NCBI GenBank assembly: GCA_040905565.1
Contig: JBBDRF010000081.1
Location: forward strand, 9,437 to 73,436
From: Phycisphaeraceae bacterium
GTDB taxonomy: Bacteria > Planctomycetota > Phycisphaerae > Phycisphaerales > Zrk34
Length of the DNA: 64,000 bases
Reading direction: 5' to 3'
The stretch's first letter is position 1. Every line of letters begins with the position of its first letter. The notes under the pieces were generated by a model that ran no database searches, was not told the origin of the DNA, and saw nothing but the letters and a program-made list of their open reading frames with translations. Shown here one piece after another: positions 10,683 through 20,794 of this stretch. Both the position numbers and the translations under genes were made by a program.

Positions 10683-11594
10683 TTAGTTTTCTTCGAATTC
10701 GAGGACTTCGTCGGCGCTGAGGCGGTAGAGGCTGTGGAGGAAGACGCCGCTATAGATCGCGCCGGCGCTGAAGGTGCCGGTGACGGTGACCGGCTGGTCG
10801 CCTGCGTAGGGGACGTACTCGCCGTCGGCGGTGGTGACTTCGATCCAGTCCATCGGTGCGGGGGTGACGCAGAAGAAGCAGCTGGGGACGACGGGGACGA
10901 GCGTGAATTCGCTGGTGCCGCCGTCGCGGAAGTTGTTGGGGATCATGTACCCGCTGATGGCGACCTTCTGGTTGTTCAGCTTGCGGATATCGTCGGGCAG
11001 CTGGCTGAAGTCGGGCTCGGTGAGTTCGCCGCGACGGCCCTTGGCGGGGTCGGCGCGCTCGGGGGGGTTGTCGTGGAATTCGAAGCCGCCGATCTGCGGG
11101 AACGTGAGGCTGATGTAGCCGTCGACCTCGGGCGTCTCCAGCGGCTCGCCGCCTAGCTCGTGCATCTGTTCCAGCGCGGAAGCAGCGACCTTGCTACGTG
11201 CTTCGGGATCCTGATCCGCCGCCTCGATACCCGCCGCTTCGACCTCGTTTTCTACCAGTTCCTCGGCAGCGCGGCGTTCGGCTTCGACTTCGGATTCCTC
11301 CACATCCAGCATCTCGTCAAGCGACGCCTCGGCGCTGGGCGATGCGTCTTCGGCAGCCTCGGACTCGTTGGCGACCTCGGCCTCGGGCTCAGCGGCCTCG
11401 TCCTCGACAGCCTCGGTTTCCGCGTCGGGCTGCGCCGTGCTCGTGCCGTCGTCGAAGGCGGTGCCTTGGACGTCGGCCGTTTCGACGTTGGGGGCGGGCT
11501 CGCCGCTGTCACTGCATCCGATGCTGAGGGTGGCGATTGCGAGTGCGAAGGCTGTCGCCAGTGTTGCGCGAGTATTCAACAAGCGTGTGCGCAT
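10683..11594 (-). CDS. DUF3299-like lipoprotein with long acidic linker
   Basis: Lipobox LSIGC; KVAISGYMIP...EFTLVPVVPSCFFCVTPAP motif. Confidence 0.75.
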   Translation of the reverse strand: MRTRLLNTRATLATAFALAIATLSIGCSDSGEPAPNVETADVQGTAFDDGTSTAQPDAETEAVEDEAAEPEAEVANESEAAEDASPSAEASLDEMLDVEESEVEAERRAAEELVENEVEAAGIEAADQDPEARSKVAASALEQMHELGGEPLETPEVDGYISLTFPQIGGFEFHDNPPERADPAKGRRGELTEPDFSQLPDDIRKLNNQKVAISGYMIPNNFRDGGTSEFTLVPVVPSCFFCVTPAPMDWIEVTTADGEYVPYAGDQPVTVTGTFSAGAIYSGVFLHSLYRLSADEVLEFEEN

Positions 11595-11679
11595 GGCTGG
11601 ATCACTTTCGTCGTCGTGAAAATAGGTGTCGGGGTCCTGCGATATTGTAGCCTGCGCCTGGTGTCGATGGCGAGCGCAT

Positions 11680-12222
11680 TCAAGCGTCGGGCGACGGCAC
11701 GTGGCTGTGCTTGAGCGCGGTGCCGATGCGGACGAGTTCGCTGGTGAAGCGTTGGAGACGCTGGCGTGCGCGATCGCTGGACAAGGCGCTGTGCTGGTAG
11801 TCGTGGCCGGTGGTGTAGACGAAGCGGGGGAGGATGACGCACTGGAAATCGAGCATCAGCGAGTTGGCGAGCCCCATGGCGGACATGAAGCTGACAGCCC
11901 CGCCGGCTGCACAGGCAAAGCCGACGAGCTTATCGCGCCACGCCTGCCCGGTAAGTTCGATGAGGTTCTTCGTCGCTGCCGAAACGTCGAAATTGTAAAC
12001 CGGTGTGGCGAGAACGATCGCATCGGCGTGGGTGATAGCATCGGTGAGGGCGGGATCGGCCTCGGAAGCGTTGCCGCCGTCGCACAGCGGCAGCGGATGC
12101 TCGCGGAGATCGATGAGGCGGGTGTCGACGTTGAGGCGGCGCAGCTCAGCCACGGCCTCGCGGGCGAGAAGCTGCGAGTAGCTGTGGGGATTGAGCGAAC
12201 AGCCGATGACCAACACGTGCAT
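11680..12222 (-). CDS. NADPH-dependent FMN reductase (flavodoxin-like)
   Basis: MHVLVIGCSLNPHSYS, ATPVYNFDVSAATKNLIE, AAGG. Confidence 0.9.
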   Translation of the reverse strand: MHVLVIGCSLNPHSYSQLLAREAVAELRRLNVDTRLIDLREHPLPLCDGGNASEADPALTDAITHADAIVLATPVYNFDVSAATKNLIELTGQAWRDKLVGFACAAGGAVSFMSAMGLANSLMLDFQCVILPRFVYTTGHDYQHSALSSDRARQRLQRFTSELVRIGTALKHSHVPSPDA

Positions 12223-12410
12223 GGCCGACAGTATAAGCCAAAGGCGACGCGGCTTCTCGGCCGTCGCTGCTGGGGACGCATCACATTTGAGGGAGACCCA
12301 GGGCGACCCGCCGTGGGCTTTGCTGTGTGCATGTTGCGCGTGACGCGATTCCGGGGGGCGCGTTATACTGGCGTGATTGAGGCCCCCCACGAGAATTCTG
12401 TTTAGACGGA

Positions 12411-15400
12411 GTGCCGCGCATGCACCTTCATTCGCGATGGATCGGCGGGATTTACGCCCTGCTGACGGTCATTTTCTGCCTGCCGAGCCTTGCCGCCGCT
12501 GAGCCGGTGCGGGCGCAGGAGAATGCGGCGGCGGAGCAGGCGGCCGCAGCGGCCACGGTGCCGGAGGGCTTCAAGATGGAGCTTTTCGCCGCGGAGCCGA
12601 TGCTTGGCCATCCCGTGGCACTGGATGTCGATGAACAGGGCCGAGTGTTCGTGGTGGAAACCTATCGCGTGAACCAGGGCGTCTCGGACAATCGTTCGTC
12701 GGCCTTCTGGATTGACGACGACTTGGCAGCTGAGACCGTCGCCGATCGGCTCGCGTATCAGAACGCATGGATCGAACGTGGCCAGCGCTCCGAGGCGTGG
12801 TACACCGATCACAGTGAGAAGCTGCGGCTGGTGATCGACGAAGACGGCGACGGCCGGGCCGACGTCTCACATCTCTTCGCCGACGGCTTCAACCATCCGC
12901 TCCACGGTGTGGCCTCGGGCGTGCTGGCGCTGGACGGCGATATCTACTTCACCAACATCCCCGACCTCTACCGTCTGCGCGACACCGACGGCGACCACGA
13001 AGCCGACGAAACCGACATCCTCCATCACGGCTACGGCGTCCGCATGGCCTTCGTCGGCCACGACCTGCACGGTCTGACGCTGGGGCCGGACGGCAAAATC
13101 TACTTCACCGTCGGCGACCGGGGTTACAACATCGAACAGCCCGACGGCTCGCGACTGCGGGATCCGATGGACGTCGGCCGCGGCGCCCTGTTCCGCTGCA
13201 ACCGTGACGGTTCGGAACTGGAAGTCGTCTACTACGGCTTGCGGAACCCGCAGGACCTGGCGTTCGACCAGTACGGGAACCTGTTCACCGGCGACAACAA
13301 CGCCGACGGTCGCGACCGTGCCCGCATCGTCTATCTGCTGGAGGGCGGCGACAGCGGGTGGTCAATGACGTTCCAGTACATGCAGGACCGAGGCCCATGG
13401 GAACGCGAACGCATTTGGGAACTGGCCAATGAGGATCAGCCGGCGTGGACGCTGCCGCCGCTCTATCACCTCTCCGCCGGGCCGAGCGGGTTCGAATATA
13501 ACCCCGGACTGGGACTGCCCGCTGAGTACGATGAGCATTTCTTCCTGGCGGATTTCCGAGGCGGCCCTTCCAACAGCGGGCTCCACACTTTCAAGCTCGA
13601 TCAAAAAGGCGCGGGCTTCGAGATGGTCAACCCGCGGCAGTTCGTCTGGAACATGCTCGCCACCGATATGAAGTTCGGCTACGACGGCAAGCTCTACATC
13701 GCCGACTGGGAAGCCGGTTGGGGCATGAAAAACCCGCCGACGGGACGGCTGCATACCCTCGCGCACAGCGAACATGTGAACGATGCCGCCGAGGCCCAGG
13801 TCGCTGAGTTGATCCGTGAGGATTTCGCCGCCATGCCCGCCGATGAACTGGGCGATCTGCTCAACCATCGCGACATGCGTATCCGGATGCGCGCACAGTT
13901 CGCTCTGGCGGATCAGACGCAAAGTGATTCCGACGCAGCTGTGCTCCGAACGATCGCAGCCGACGCAAGCAATGATTTCGTGCCCGCGCGGCTGCATGCG
14001 GTGTGGGGCATGGGGCAGGTGCTCCGGACGGGGCGCACGTTCGTGCTCGATGATCTGCTCGAACGGCTTGACGATGAGAACTACCACGTCCGCGCCCAGG
14101 CGGCCAAGGTGGTCGGCGACGCGGCGGCCAGCGCGGCCGGCGGCGAAGCGGTGCGAAGCGCCCTCGCCCAAAACGACCGCATCGCCCCGCTGATCGCGAA
14201 CCTTTCCGACGAAGCGCCACATGTTCAGGCGCTCACCGCCATCGCGATCGGGAAGATCGGCGACGAGGCAGCCTTCGAGCCTCTGCTTCGACTGCTTCAC
14301 GCCAACGACGATGCCGACCCGTACCTCCGCCACGGCGCGATCATGGGCATCTTCGGCACGAGCGATGCGGATGCACTGGTCGACCGTGCCGCGACCGCTT
14401 CGTCCGCTCAGCGGCTGGGTATCGTGCTCGCGCTGCGTCGGCATCAGGACGCAAGGCTCACGCAGTTCCTTGATGATGTGGAACCGCACATTGTCCGAGA
14501 GGCCGCCACCGCCATCTACGACATGAACGTGACCGACGCGATGCCCGCGCTGGCGTCCCTGCTGAATCGTTACACGCGTCAGGCTACGCAGGCGAAGGAA
14601 GAGCCGACCTTCGAGTTGGCGTACTACCGGAACATCGAGGGCAACACGATTGCGTCACTGCGGGAGGCGACGAAGTTTCCCGCCGAGCCGGACGACGTGG
14701 ATGAAACGGTTTCGCTCGCCACCCCTGCGAACACCGCCGACAATTACGGCACGCGCATCACGGGGTTCATCGAGCCGACGCAGTCGGGCGAGCATGTGTT
14801 TCTCGTCACCGCGGACGATTCAGCCGAGGTTTATCTTTCCACCAGCGAATCGCCGGACGACAAGCGGCTGATCGCCTCGGCCCCAGAGTGGGCGGAAATC
14901 GACAACTTTGAAAAGCACCCTGAGCAGACATCCGAGCCGATCGAACTGGTCTCGGGTGAGCGGTATTACATCGAGGTGCTGCACAAGGAAGGGAACGGCG
15001 GCGAGCATCTGATCGTCGGCTGGCGCAAGCCCGACGGCACGCAGGAGGTGCCGATCGGCGGGAGTGAAGAGACGGCACCTGTGGAGCTTCTCCGCCGTGT
15101 GATCAATGCGAATCTGGCGGTGGGCACGCAGGAGGCCGCGGCCCGGGTCGCCCACTTCGCTGCGGATGTCACCCAGCCGACGGTGCTTCGGGCCGAGGCG
15201 CTGGAGGTCCTGGCCGTGTGGTCGCAGCCGCCGCTGCGTGAGCGCGTGCTCAACTACACCCGCCCGCTGGAGGAGCGTGATGACCAGCTCGTACGTGAGG
15301 CACTGGAGCCGCTGATCGTGACGCTTGTGGACAACACGAGGGGTCAGCTGCAATCGCAGGCGACTGATCTGGCGACGGCGCTCGACCTGGCGCTGGACGA

Positions 15401-16283
15401 AGAAACGTTGATGGCGCGACTGGGCGATGCTGAGCAGTCGGTGCAGGCGCGCCTGGCGGTGCTGCGGTCATTGATCGGCAGCAATTCACCGCGTGCGCGG
15501 GAGGCGATCGGCAAGGCGCTCGAAGCTGACGAGCCGTTGTTGCGTGCCGAAGCGCGTTCGCTGTTGAGTCAGCGTGATCCCGCAGCTGGTCTCGGCGCAC
15601 TTCGCGAAGCGCTGGCCGACGGCACCGTTGTTGAGCAGCAGTACGCTTTGATGGCGCTGGGGACGCTGGAGCATGACAGTGCCGACGCCATTCTTGCCCA
15701 GTGGCTTGATGAGCTGCTGGCGGGGAACGTGCGTCGACCGTTGCAGCTTGAGGTCGTGGAAGCAGCGGAGCAGCGTCGCAGCGACGCGGTGGCCGAGCGT
15801 CTGGCCGACTACCAGGCCTCGTTGTCCGCGGCGGATCCGCTTGCTGCTTACCAGATCGCGCGGCGTGGCGGCGATGCCGAGGCCGGGCAGAACGTATTCT
15901 TCAGCCATCCCGCTGCCCAATGCATCCGCTGTCACACCATCAACGGCACGGGCGGCGACGCCGGGCCGGATCTCACCGGCATCGGAGCGCGGCGAACCCG
16001 AGCGCAGCTGCTGGCGGACATTATCACGCCTAATCAGGAAGTGGCTGAGGGTTTCGGCACCGTCGTGCTGACACTGGAGGACGGCGGCGTCGTGGCCGGG
16101 GTGCTCCGCGAGGAGACCGAGGAGGAACTGACGATGGTGGCTGCCGACGGCCAGCTTCAGGTTGTGCCGCTGGATGAGATCATCACGCGGACGCCCGCCA
16201 TCTCTGCCATGCCACCACAAGGTGCCATCCTTACCCCGCGCCAGCTCCGCGACGTCATCGAGTATCTGGCGACGCAGGATTGA
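12411..16283 (+). CDS. PVC-type membrane-bound dehydrogenase-like beta-propeller / HEAT-repeat / PA14 / cytochrome c protein
   Basis: Signal peptide; VPEGFKMELFAAEP; GLRNPQDLAFDQYGNLFTGDN; HEAT-like repeats; PA14-like DNYGTRITGFI...GERYYIEVLHKEG; CIRCH plus GPDLT heme domain. Confidence 0.9.
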   Translation: MPRMHLHSRWIGGIYALLTVIFCLPSLAAAEPVRAQENAAAEQAAAAATVPEGFKMELFAAEPMLGHPVALDVDEQGRVFVVETYRVNQGVSDNRSSAFWIDDDLAAETVADRLAYQNAWIERGQRSEAWYTDHSEKLRLVIDEDGDGRADVSHLFADGFNHPLHGVASGVLALDGDIYFTNIPDLYRLRDTDGDHEADETDILHHGYGVRMAFVGHDLHGLTLGPDGKIYFTVGDRGYNIEQPDGSRLRDPMDVGRGALFRCNRDGSELEVVYYGLRNPQDLAFDQYGNLFTGDNNADGRDRARIVYLLEGGDSGWSMTFQYMQDRGPWERERIWELANEDQPAWTLPPLYHLSAGPSGFEYNPGLGLPAEYDEHFFLADFRGGPSNSGLHTFKLDQKGAGFEMVNPRQFVWNMLATDMKFGYDGKLYIADWEAGWGMKNPPTGRLHTLAHSEHVNDAAEAQVAELIREDFAAMPADELGDLLNHRDMRIRMRAQFALADQTQSDSDAAVLRTIAADASNDFVPARLHAVWGMGQVLRTGRTFVLDDLLERLDDENYHVRAQAAKVVGDAAASAAGGEAVRSALAQNDRIAPLIANLSDEAPHVQALTAIAIGKIGDEAAFEPLLRLLHANDDADPYLRHGAIMGIFGTSDADALVDRAATASSAQRLGIVLALRRHQDARLTQFLDDVEPHIVREAATAIYDMNVTDAMPALASLLNRYTRQATQAKEEPTFELAYYRNIEGNTIASLREATKFPAEPDDVDETVSLATPANTADNYGTRITGFIEPTQSGEHVFLVTADDSAEVYLSTSESPDDKRLIASAPEWAEIDNFEKHPEQTSEPIELVSGERYYIEVLHKEGNGGEHLIVGWRKPDGTQEVPIGGSEETAPVELLRRVINANLAVGTQEAAARVAHFAADVTQPTVLRAEALEVLAVWSQPPLRERVLNYTRPLEERDDQLVREALEPLIVTLVDNTRGQLQSQATDLATALDLALDEETLMARLGDAEQSVQARLAVLRSLIGSNSPRAREAIGKALEADEPLLRAEARSLLSQRDPAAGLGALREALADGTVVEQQYALMALGTLEHDSADAILAQWLDELLAGNVRRPLQLEVVEAAEQRRSDAVAERLADYQASLSAADPLAAYQIARRGGDAEAGQNVFFSHPAAQCIRCHTINGTGGDAGPDLTGIGARRTRAQLLADIITPNQEVAEGFGTVVLTLEDGGVVAGVLREETEEELTMVAADGQLQVVPLDEIITRTPAISAMPPQGAILTPRQLRDVIEYLATQD

Positions 16284-16311
16284 TCGCCGGGCCAGAGGAC
16301 GCCTCGGGTTC

Positions 16312-16458
16312 GAGCCACGCACGTCAGTAAGTGGTCGTCGCGATCTGGGGCATCGTCGCCATGTTCGAACTATGTGCGCTTCGCTGTCACGGTTGGCGAG
16401 GCGTGCCTACCCGTGTTGCCTTGGCGTTGCGCCGACCGTTCCCTTACGGTCGCGGCTC
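16312..16458. repeat. Inverted pair of 26-bp REP-like units (variant A on +, variant B on -)
   Basis: GAGCCACGCACGTCAGTAAGTGGTCG at 16312-16337 and reverse-strand GAGCCGCGACCGTAAGGGAACGGTCG at 16433-16458; both recur elsewhere in the window. Confidence 0.8.
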
Positions 16459-16476
16459 GTTCCCCCCCCTACCGCT

Positions 16477-17574
16477 TCAGCGGGAACCGGCGGGCTGGAA
16501 GATCTCGTTGCAGCGGCGGGCGGTGCGGTCTTTCCACGCCTGCTTGTGATAGCCGTAGCCCGCGATCAACGGCGTGGCGAGGGTGGCCTCGGCGTAAACC
16601 ATCTGCTCGTAGGCCGTGTCGACCTTGCCCCAGGAGCACGCTTCCTTCAGCGTCGAACTGGAGAGCGCCCCGTCGCGCACGTCGGCGACGGTGACCTGAA
16701 CGGCGTACTTGTGCATGTCGACTTCGTAACCGAGTACCTCGGCTGCGACGACGATGTCCTGCGTGAAGTTCTTCGGCACGCCGCCGCCGAGCATGAAGAT
16801 GCCCGTCGTCGGGTGCTTGAGCTTGACCTGCGTCAGCTCGTAAAAATCCTTGGCCGAATCGAGGCTGAGCATCGGCTGCCCGGCCTGAAGCTTTTCATGC
16901 TGATGCGCAACAAGCCCGAAGCCGGCCGAGCAATCGCTGAAGGCGGGGCAGAAAATCGGCACGTCGTGCTCGTAAGCCGCCCGCACCATCGAATCGGCGG
17001 GGTCAACGTTCCGCTCAGCGAGGTAGCGGCCCATCGCATGGATGAACTCACGCGAGGAATGGGGGCGCGGCTCGAGCGAATCGCTGATCTGCCGCATCAC
17101 CTCGTCGCACTCGCGGAGGTTGTCCTCGTCGATGAAAGTGTCGTAGATGCGGTCGATGTTCAGCTCGCGCAGCGCCTGGTCGTCCATGCCTGACTTGTAG
17201 CGTTCGTCGGCGATGTAATGCTTGAAGCCGAGGCCTTCGAAAAAATCCTGATCGACGACATTGGCGCCGGTGGAGACGATCGCGTCGACCATGTTGAAGC
17301 GGATCAGGTCGGCGAACACCTTCTTCAGGCCCGCCGAGACAAGCGAACCGGCGAGCGTGAGGACGATGGCGCAGTCGCGGTCGCGCAGCATCATGTCGTA
17401 GATGCCCGCCGCCCGCGCCAGGTCCCGGCTGCTGTAGGCCATGTGCGACATCGCTTCGATCAGGTCGGTAGGGTCGTGCTGGGTGATATCGATGTGCTGA
17501 ATCGGCCGGGCCAGCAGTTCGGCTTTGGTCGGCACCGGTCCGAGCGCGTGATTGGAAGGTTCAGGCGTCGTCAT
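16477..17574 (-). CDS. Deoxyhypusine synthase-like protein (DHS/homospermidine synthase family)
   Basis: IVSTGAN, IDRIYD, PAFSDCSAG, GGGVPKNF, DGALSSSTLKEACSWGK; AGGAG RBS. Confidence 0.93.
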   Translation of the reverse strand: MTTPEPSNHALGPVPTKAELLARPIQHIDITQHDPTDLIEAMSHMAYSSRDLARAAGIYDMMLRDRDCAIVLTLAGSLVSAGLKKVFADLIRFNMVDAIVSTGANVVDQDFFEGLGFKHYIADERYKSGMDDQALRELNIDRIYDTFIDEDNLRECDEVMRQISDSLEPRPHSSREFIHAMGRYLAERNVDPADSMVRAAYEHDVPIFCPAFSDCSAGFGLVAHQHEKLQAGQPMLSLDSAKDFYELTQVKLKHPTTGIFMLGGGVPKNFTQDIVVAAEVLGYEVDMHKYAVQVTVADVRDGALSSSTLKEACSWGKVDTAYEQMVYAEATLATPLIAGYGYHKQAWKDRTARRCNEIFQPAGSR

Positions 17575-17643
17575 AATCAATACTCCTGCGGCTAAAGCAC
17601 AAAGGCCTGCACACGCGGCGGAACAAGGTGGTGGGGGTGGCGC

Positions 17644-18666
17644 TTAGAACTGGACGGGAACGCCTTCGGCACGCCACTTTTCGAGAAGCAGCTGCCCCTC
17701 GCGAAGCGCGTCGGAAAGGCGGCCGGCTGCGTCCTGCAGATTGTTGTACAGCGACGGGTCGTTGATCATCAGCCCGAGCGTACCTTGGCCTTCGCGGGCC
17801 TCCTGCACCAGATCGTCCACTTCCAGAAGCGTTTTCGAAAGATCGTCAGCGACGGCCACGTAACGCCGAGTGAGCTTGTCGAGGTTCTCATCGGCGTTGG
17901 CGGCGACGCGTCGGGCGTCTTCGGTGAATAGCCGGGTGTTGGTGATCGTCTGGCGAATTTCCTGGTGGAGCTCTTTGTCGCCGACGAGCTGATTCATCTG
18001 GTCGATGGTCTGGTGCAGTTCCGAAAGCGTGGCGTCGGAGCGGGCGAGCATGGTGGTAAGGTTCGCCTGAACACGCCCCGCGTCGACATCGGCGAGGTCG
18101 CGATGCTCAAGCATCTCGCCGGCGCGCTGGCCGACGACGATGTACTGGTCGGAAAGCTCGGTCAGCTTCTCAGTCAGCTTGCCGAAGTTCGCCAACTGCT
18201 CCTGCACCGAATGCTCGAGTTGCTGCGTGAGCGTGCCGAAGTCGGTCGGTGCCTCACCGTGCAGCTTCCCGGTCCCGTCCTTAGGCAGCGGCGGCGCGAC
18301 AGCGACACCGGGTGGCTTGGTGGCGACGATGGCGAGCTGCGCGGCCCCGCCGATGAGGCCTGCTGAGGAGCTGACGCGCGCATCAGAAAGGATCTCGTAA
18401 CCGGATTGAATCTCGGTGTGGATCAGCACGCCCTCGGTCGGGTCCGACTGGAGCTGAACATTCTCGACATGGCCCACGTCGACGCCATTGAGCCTGACAC
18501 GGCTGCCGGGCGTGATGCCGCCTGCGTTGTTCATGGTGATGGTGATGCGGTAGGTATCGGTCACCCAGGTGGGCACCTCACCGAAGATGAAGACGAGGTA
18601 GACGAAGCCCACCACCCCTGCGAGTGCGGTGAGTCCGACGAAGAAATTCCGCTTGCGATCGTTCAT
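17644..18666 (-). CDS. MlaD/MCE family protein
   Basis: N-terminal TM; NAGGITPGSRVRLNGVDVGHV; GQGTLGLMINDPSLYNNL helical tail. Confidence 0.92.
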   Translation of the reverse strand: MNDRKRNFFVGLTALAGVVGFVYLVFIFGEVPTWVTDTYRITITMNNAGGITPGSRVRLNGVDVGHVENVQLQSDPTEGVLIHTEIQSGYEILSDARVSSSAGLIGGAAQLAIVATKPPGVAVAPPLPKDGTGKLHGEAPTDFGTLTQQLEHSVQEQLANFGKLTEKLTELSDQYIVVGQRAGEMLEHRDLADVDAGRVQANLTTMLARSDATLSELHQTIDQMNQLVGDKELHQEIRQTITNTRLFTEDARRVAANADENLDKLTRRYVAVADDLSKTLLEVDDLVQEAREGQGTLGLMINDPSLYNNLQDAAGRLSDALREGQLLLEKWRAEGVPVQF

Positions 18667-18679
18667 GTGCGTCCTGCCA

Positions 18680-19534
18680 TCACTCGCGGGTCCCGCCAGC
18701 CTCCAAGGACGCGATCTGGTGAAGATCGGCCCGGCCTTCGATGAAGCTTTTCACGATAGGGTCATCGGTCCTGCGAAGCGCCTGAGGGCTCGCGTCCGCG
18801 ATCAGCTTGCCATCGTAGAGCATCACAATGCGGTCAGCAATTTTGTACGCACTGGTCATATCGTGCGTCACGACGATGCTGGTGGCGTTGAGTTCGTGCT
18901 TGAGTTTGATGATTAGTTCGTTGATAACGTCGGCCCGGATCGGATCGAGGCCGGTGGTCGGTTCGTCGTAGAGGATGACTTTTGGGTGCAGTGCGACGGC
19001 CCGGGCAAGGGCGACGCGCTTCTTCTGTCCGCCGCTGAGTTCCGCGGGGAACTTGATCTGTGTGCCGTCCATCCCCACCATCCGCAGAACCTCGTCGACA
19101 CGTTCGGTTCGCTCGGCGAGGTTCATATCGGTGTGCTCGACGAGCGGGAAGCCGACGTTGTCGCCGACGTTCATCGAATCGAACAGCGCGCCCATTTGGA
19201 AGAGGTAGCCGAACTGCGTGCGGACGGGGACGAGGTCGGCTTCGCGGAGGTTGTCGATGCGTCGGCCCTCGTGGAAGATTTCGCCCTTGTCGGGACGAAG
19301 CAGGCCGACGATGTTCTTGATCATCACACTTTTGCCCGAGCCGCTGGGTCCGAGGATGACGGTGGTTTTGCCTCGCTCAAAGTCCAAATCGATCCCCCGC
19401 AGCACGCGCAGCTTGCCAAAGGATTTATGGACGTTCCGCATCGAAATCACCGCCCCGGCACGCTCCGCATGCGCGGTGTGCCCCGATTCAGGGGTGTCAT
19501 TGTTGGCGGGAGAAGGTGGGGGGGGGGGAGTCAT
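18680..19534 (-). CDS. ABC transporter ATP-binding protein, MlaF family
   Basis: GPSGSGKS, FQMGALFDSMNVGDNV, ELSGGQKKRVALARA, YDEPTTGLDP; adjacent to MlaD-like gene. Confidence 0.93.
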   Translation of the reverse strand: MTPPPPPSPANNDTPESGHTAHAERAGAVISMRNVHKSFGKLRVLRGIDLDFERGKTTVILGPSGSGKSVMIKNIVGLLRPDKGEIFHEGRRIDNLREADLVPVRTQFGYLFQMGALFDSMNVGDNVGFPLVEHTDMNLAERTERVDEVLRMVGMDGTQIKFPAELSGGQKKRVALARAVALHPKVILYDEPTTGLDPIRADVINELIIKLKHELNATSIVVTHDMTSAYKIADRIVMLYDGKLIADASPQALRRTDDPIVKSFIEGRADLHQIASLEAGGTRE

Positions 19535-19546
19535 TTCGCCGACCGA

Positions 19547-20674
19547 TCATGCATAGAACGTGCGAACGGCTTGGGCCACTTGCGTCTGCTGTTCTGCGGT
19601 GAGATGGGGGAACATGGGAAGCGAGACGACCTGTTGCGTGGCGGCTTCTGCCTTGGGGAACTGACCCTCACGATAACCGAGATCCGCGAAGCACGGCTGA
19701 AGATGCAACGCCAGCGGATAGTAGACACGATGGCCGATGCCCGCCGCCTTGAAGTGCTCGCACAACGCATCGCGCTGCTGCGACCGCACGGTGTACTGGT
19801 TGAACACGTGATGACAACCAGCCGCAACCTGCGGCAACTGCAACGGCGTGTCCGCCAGCAGGTCATTGTAGCGCGCCGCGGCGGCACGTCTGGCCTCGGC
19901 ATCGGCGTCGAGATGTTTGAGTTTGATCGAGAGGACGGCCGATTGGATGCCGTCGATCCGGAAGTTGCCGCCGAGCAGCCCGTGCTGATAGGTATCGGTC
20001 TGGCCGTGCAGGCGCAGCACGCGCAGTCGTTCAGCAAGGGCGTCGTCTTGCGTGAGCACCGCCCCGGCATCGCCGAACGCGCCGAGGTTCTTCGTCGGAT
20101 AGAAGCTGAGCGCCCCCATGTGCCCGATGGTGCCGCTGGATATGCCGTTATAGCGCGCGCCGATCGACTGGGCGGCATCTTCGATGACCGTCAGCCCTTC
20201 ACGTTCGGCCAGCGCCATCACGGCATCCATGTCGGCCGACTGACCGTAGAGGTGGACGGGCATGATGGCGCGGGTGCGGCGGGTGACGGCCTCGGCGGCG
20301 GCGGCGGGGTCGATGTTGAACGTGGCCGGGTCGATATCGACGAAGACGGGTTTGGCACCGGCGCGGGCGACGGACCCCGCAGAGGCGAAGAAGGTGAAGG
20401 CGGGGACAATAACTTCATCGCCCGGGCCGATTTCCGCAGCCATCAGTGCGGCCAGCAACGCATCGGTGCCGCTGCTCATGCCGATCGCGTGGGTCGCTTG
20501 GCAATAGCTGGCGAGGTCGTGCTCGAACTGCTCGGTGGCTTTGCCGAGCACGAAGGCATTGGTGTCGATGATCTCACCGATGGCGGCCATGAAGGCGGCG
20601 CGGTCGGCCTGGTGGGCTTCGCTGAGATCAAGCAGCGGAACGGGAGACGAGGGGGACGCGGAAGACGGGGGCAT
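19547..20674 (-). CDS. DegT/DnrJ/EryC1/StrS family PLP aminotransferase
   Basis: SSGTDAL, PVHLYGQ, IEDAAQSIGA, SFYPTKNLGAFGDAG. Confidence 0.95.
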   Translation of the reverse strand: MPPSSASPSSPVPLLDLSEAHQADRAAFMAAIGEIIDTNAFVLGKATEQFEHDLASYCQATHAIGMSSGTDALLAALMAAEIGPGDEVIVPAFTFFASAGSVARAGAKPVFVDIDPATFNIDPAAAAEAVTRRTRAIMPVHLYGQSADMDAVMALAEREGLTVIEDAAQSIGARYNGISSGTIGHMGALSFYPTKNLGAFGDAGAVLTQDDALAERLRVLRLHGQTDTYQHGLLGGNFRIDGIQSAVLSIKLKHLDADAEARRAAAARYNDLLADTPLQLPQVAAGCHHVFNQYTVRSQQRDALCEHFKAAGIGHRVYYPLALHLQPCFADLGYREGQFPKAEAATQQVVSLPMFPHLTAEQQTQVAQAVRTFYA

Positions 20675-20794
20675 GGATACGCAACTCCGAGCGGCAGGGG
20701 AAGGTCAACAGAATAGCACCCCGTGGCCCCTATTTCCAAATGCGTATGGCTGAGGGTGTGCGTCTGCGACCCCGGGGCACCCTGCCCGCACCGA

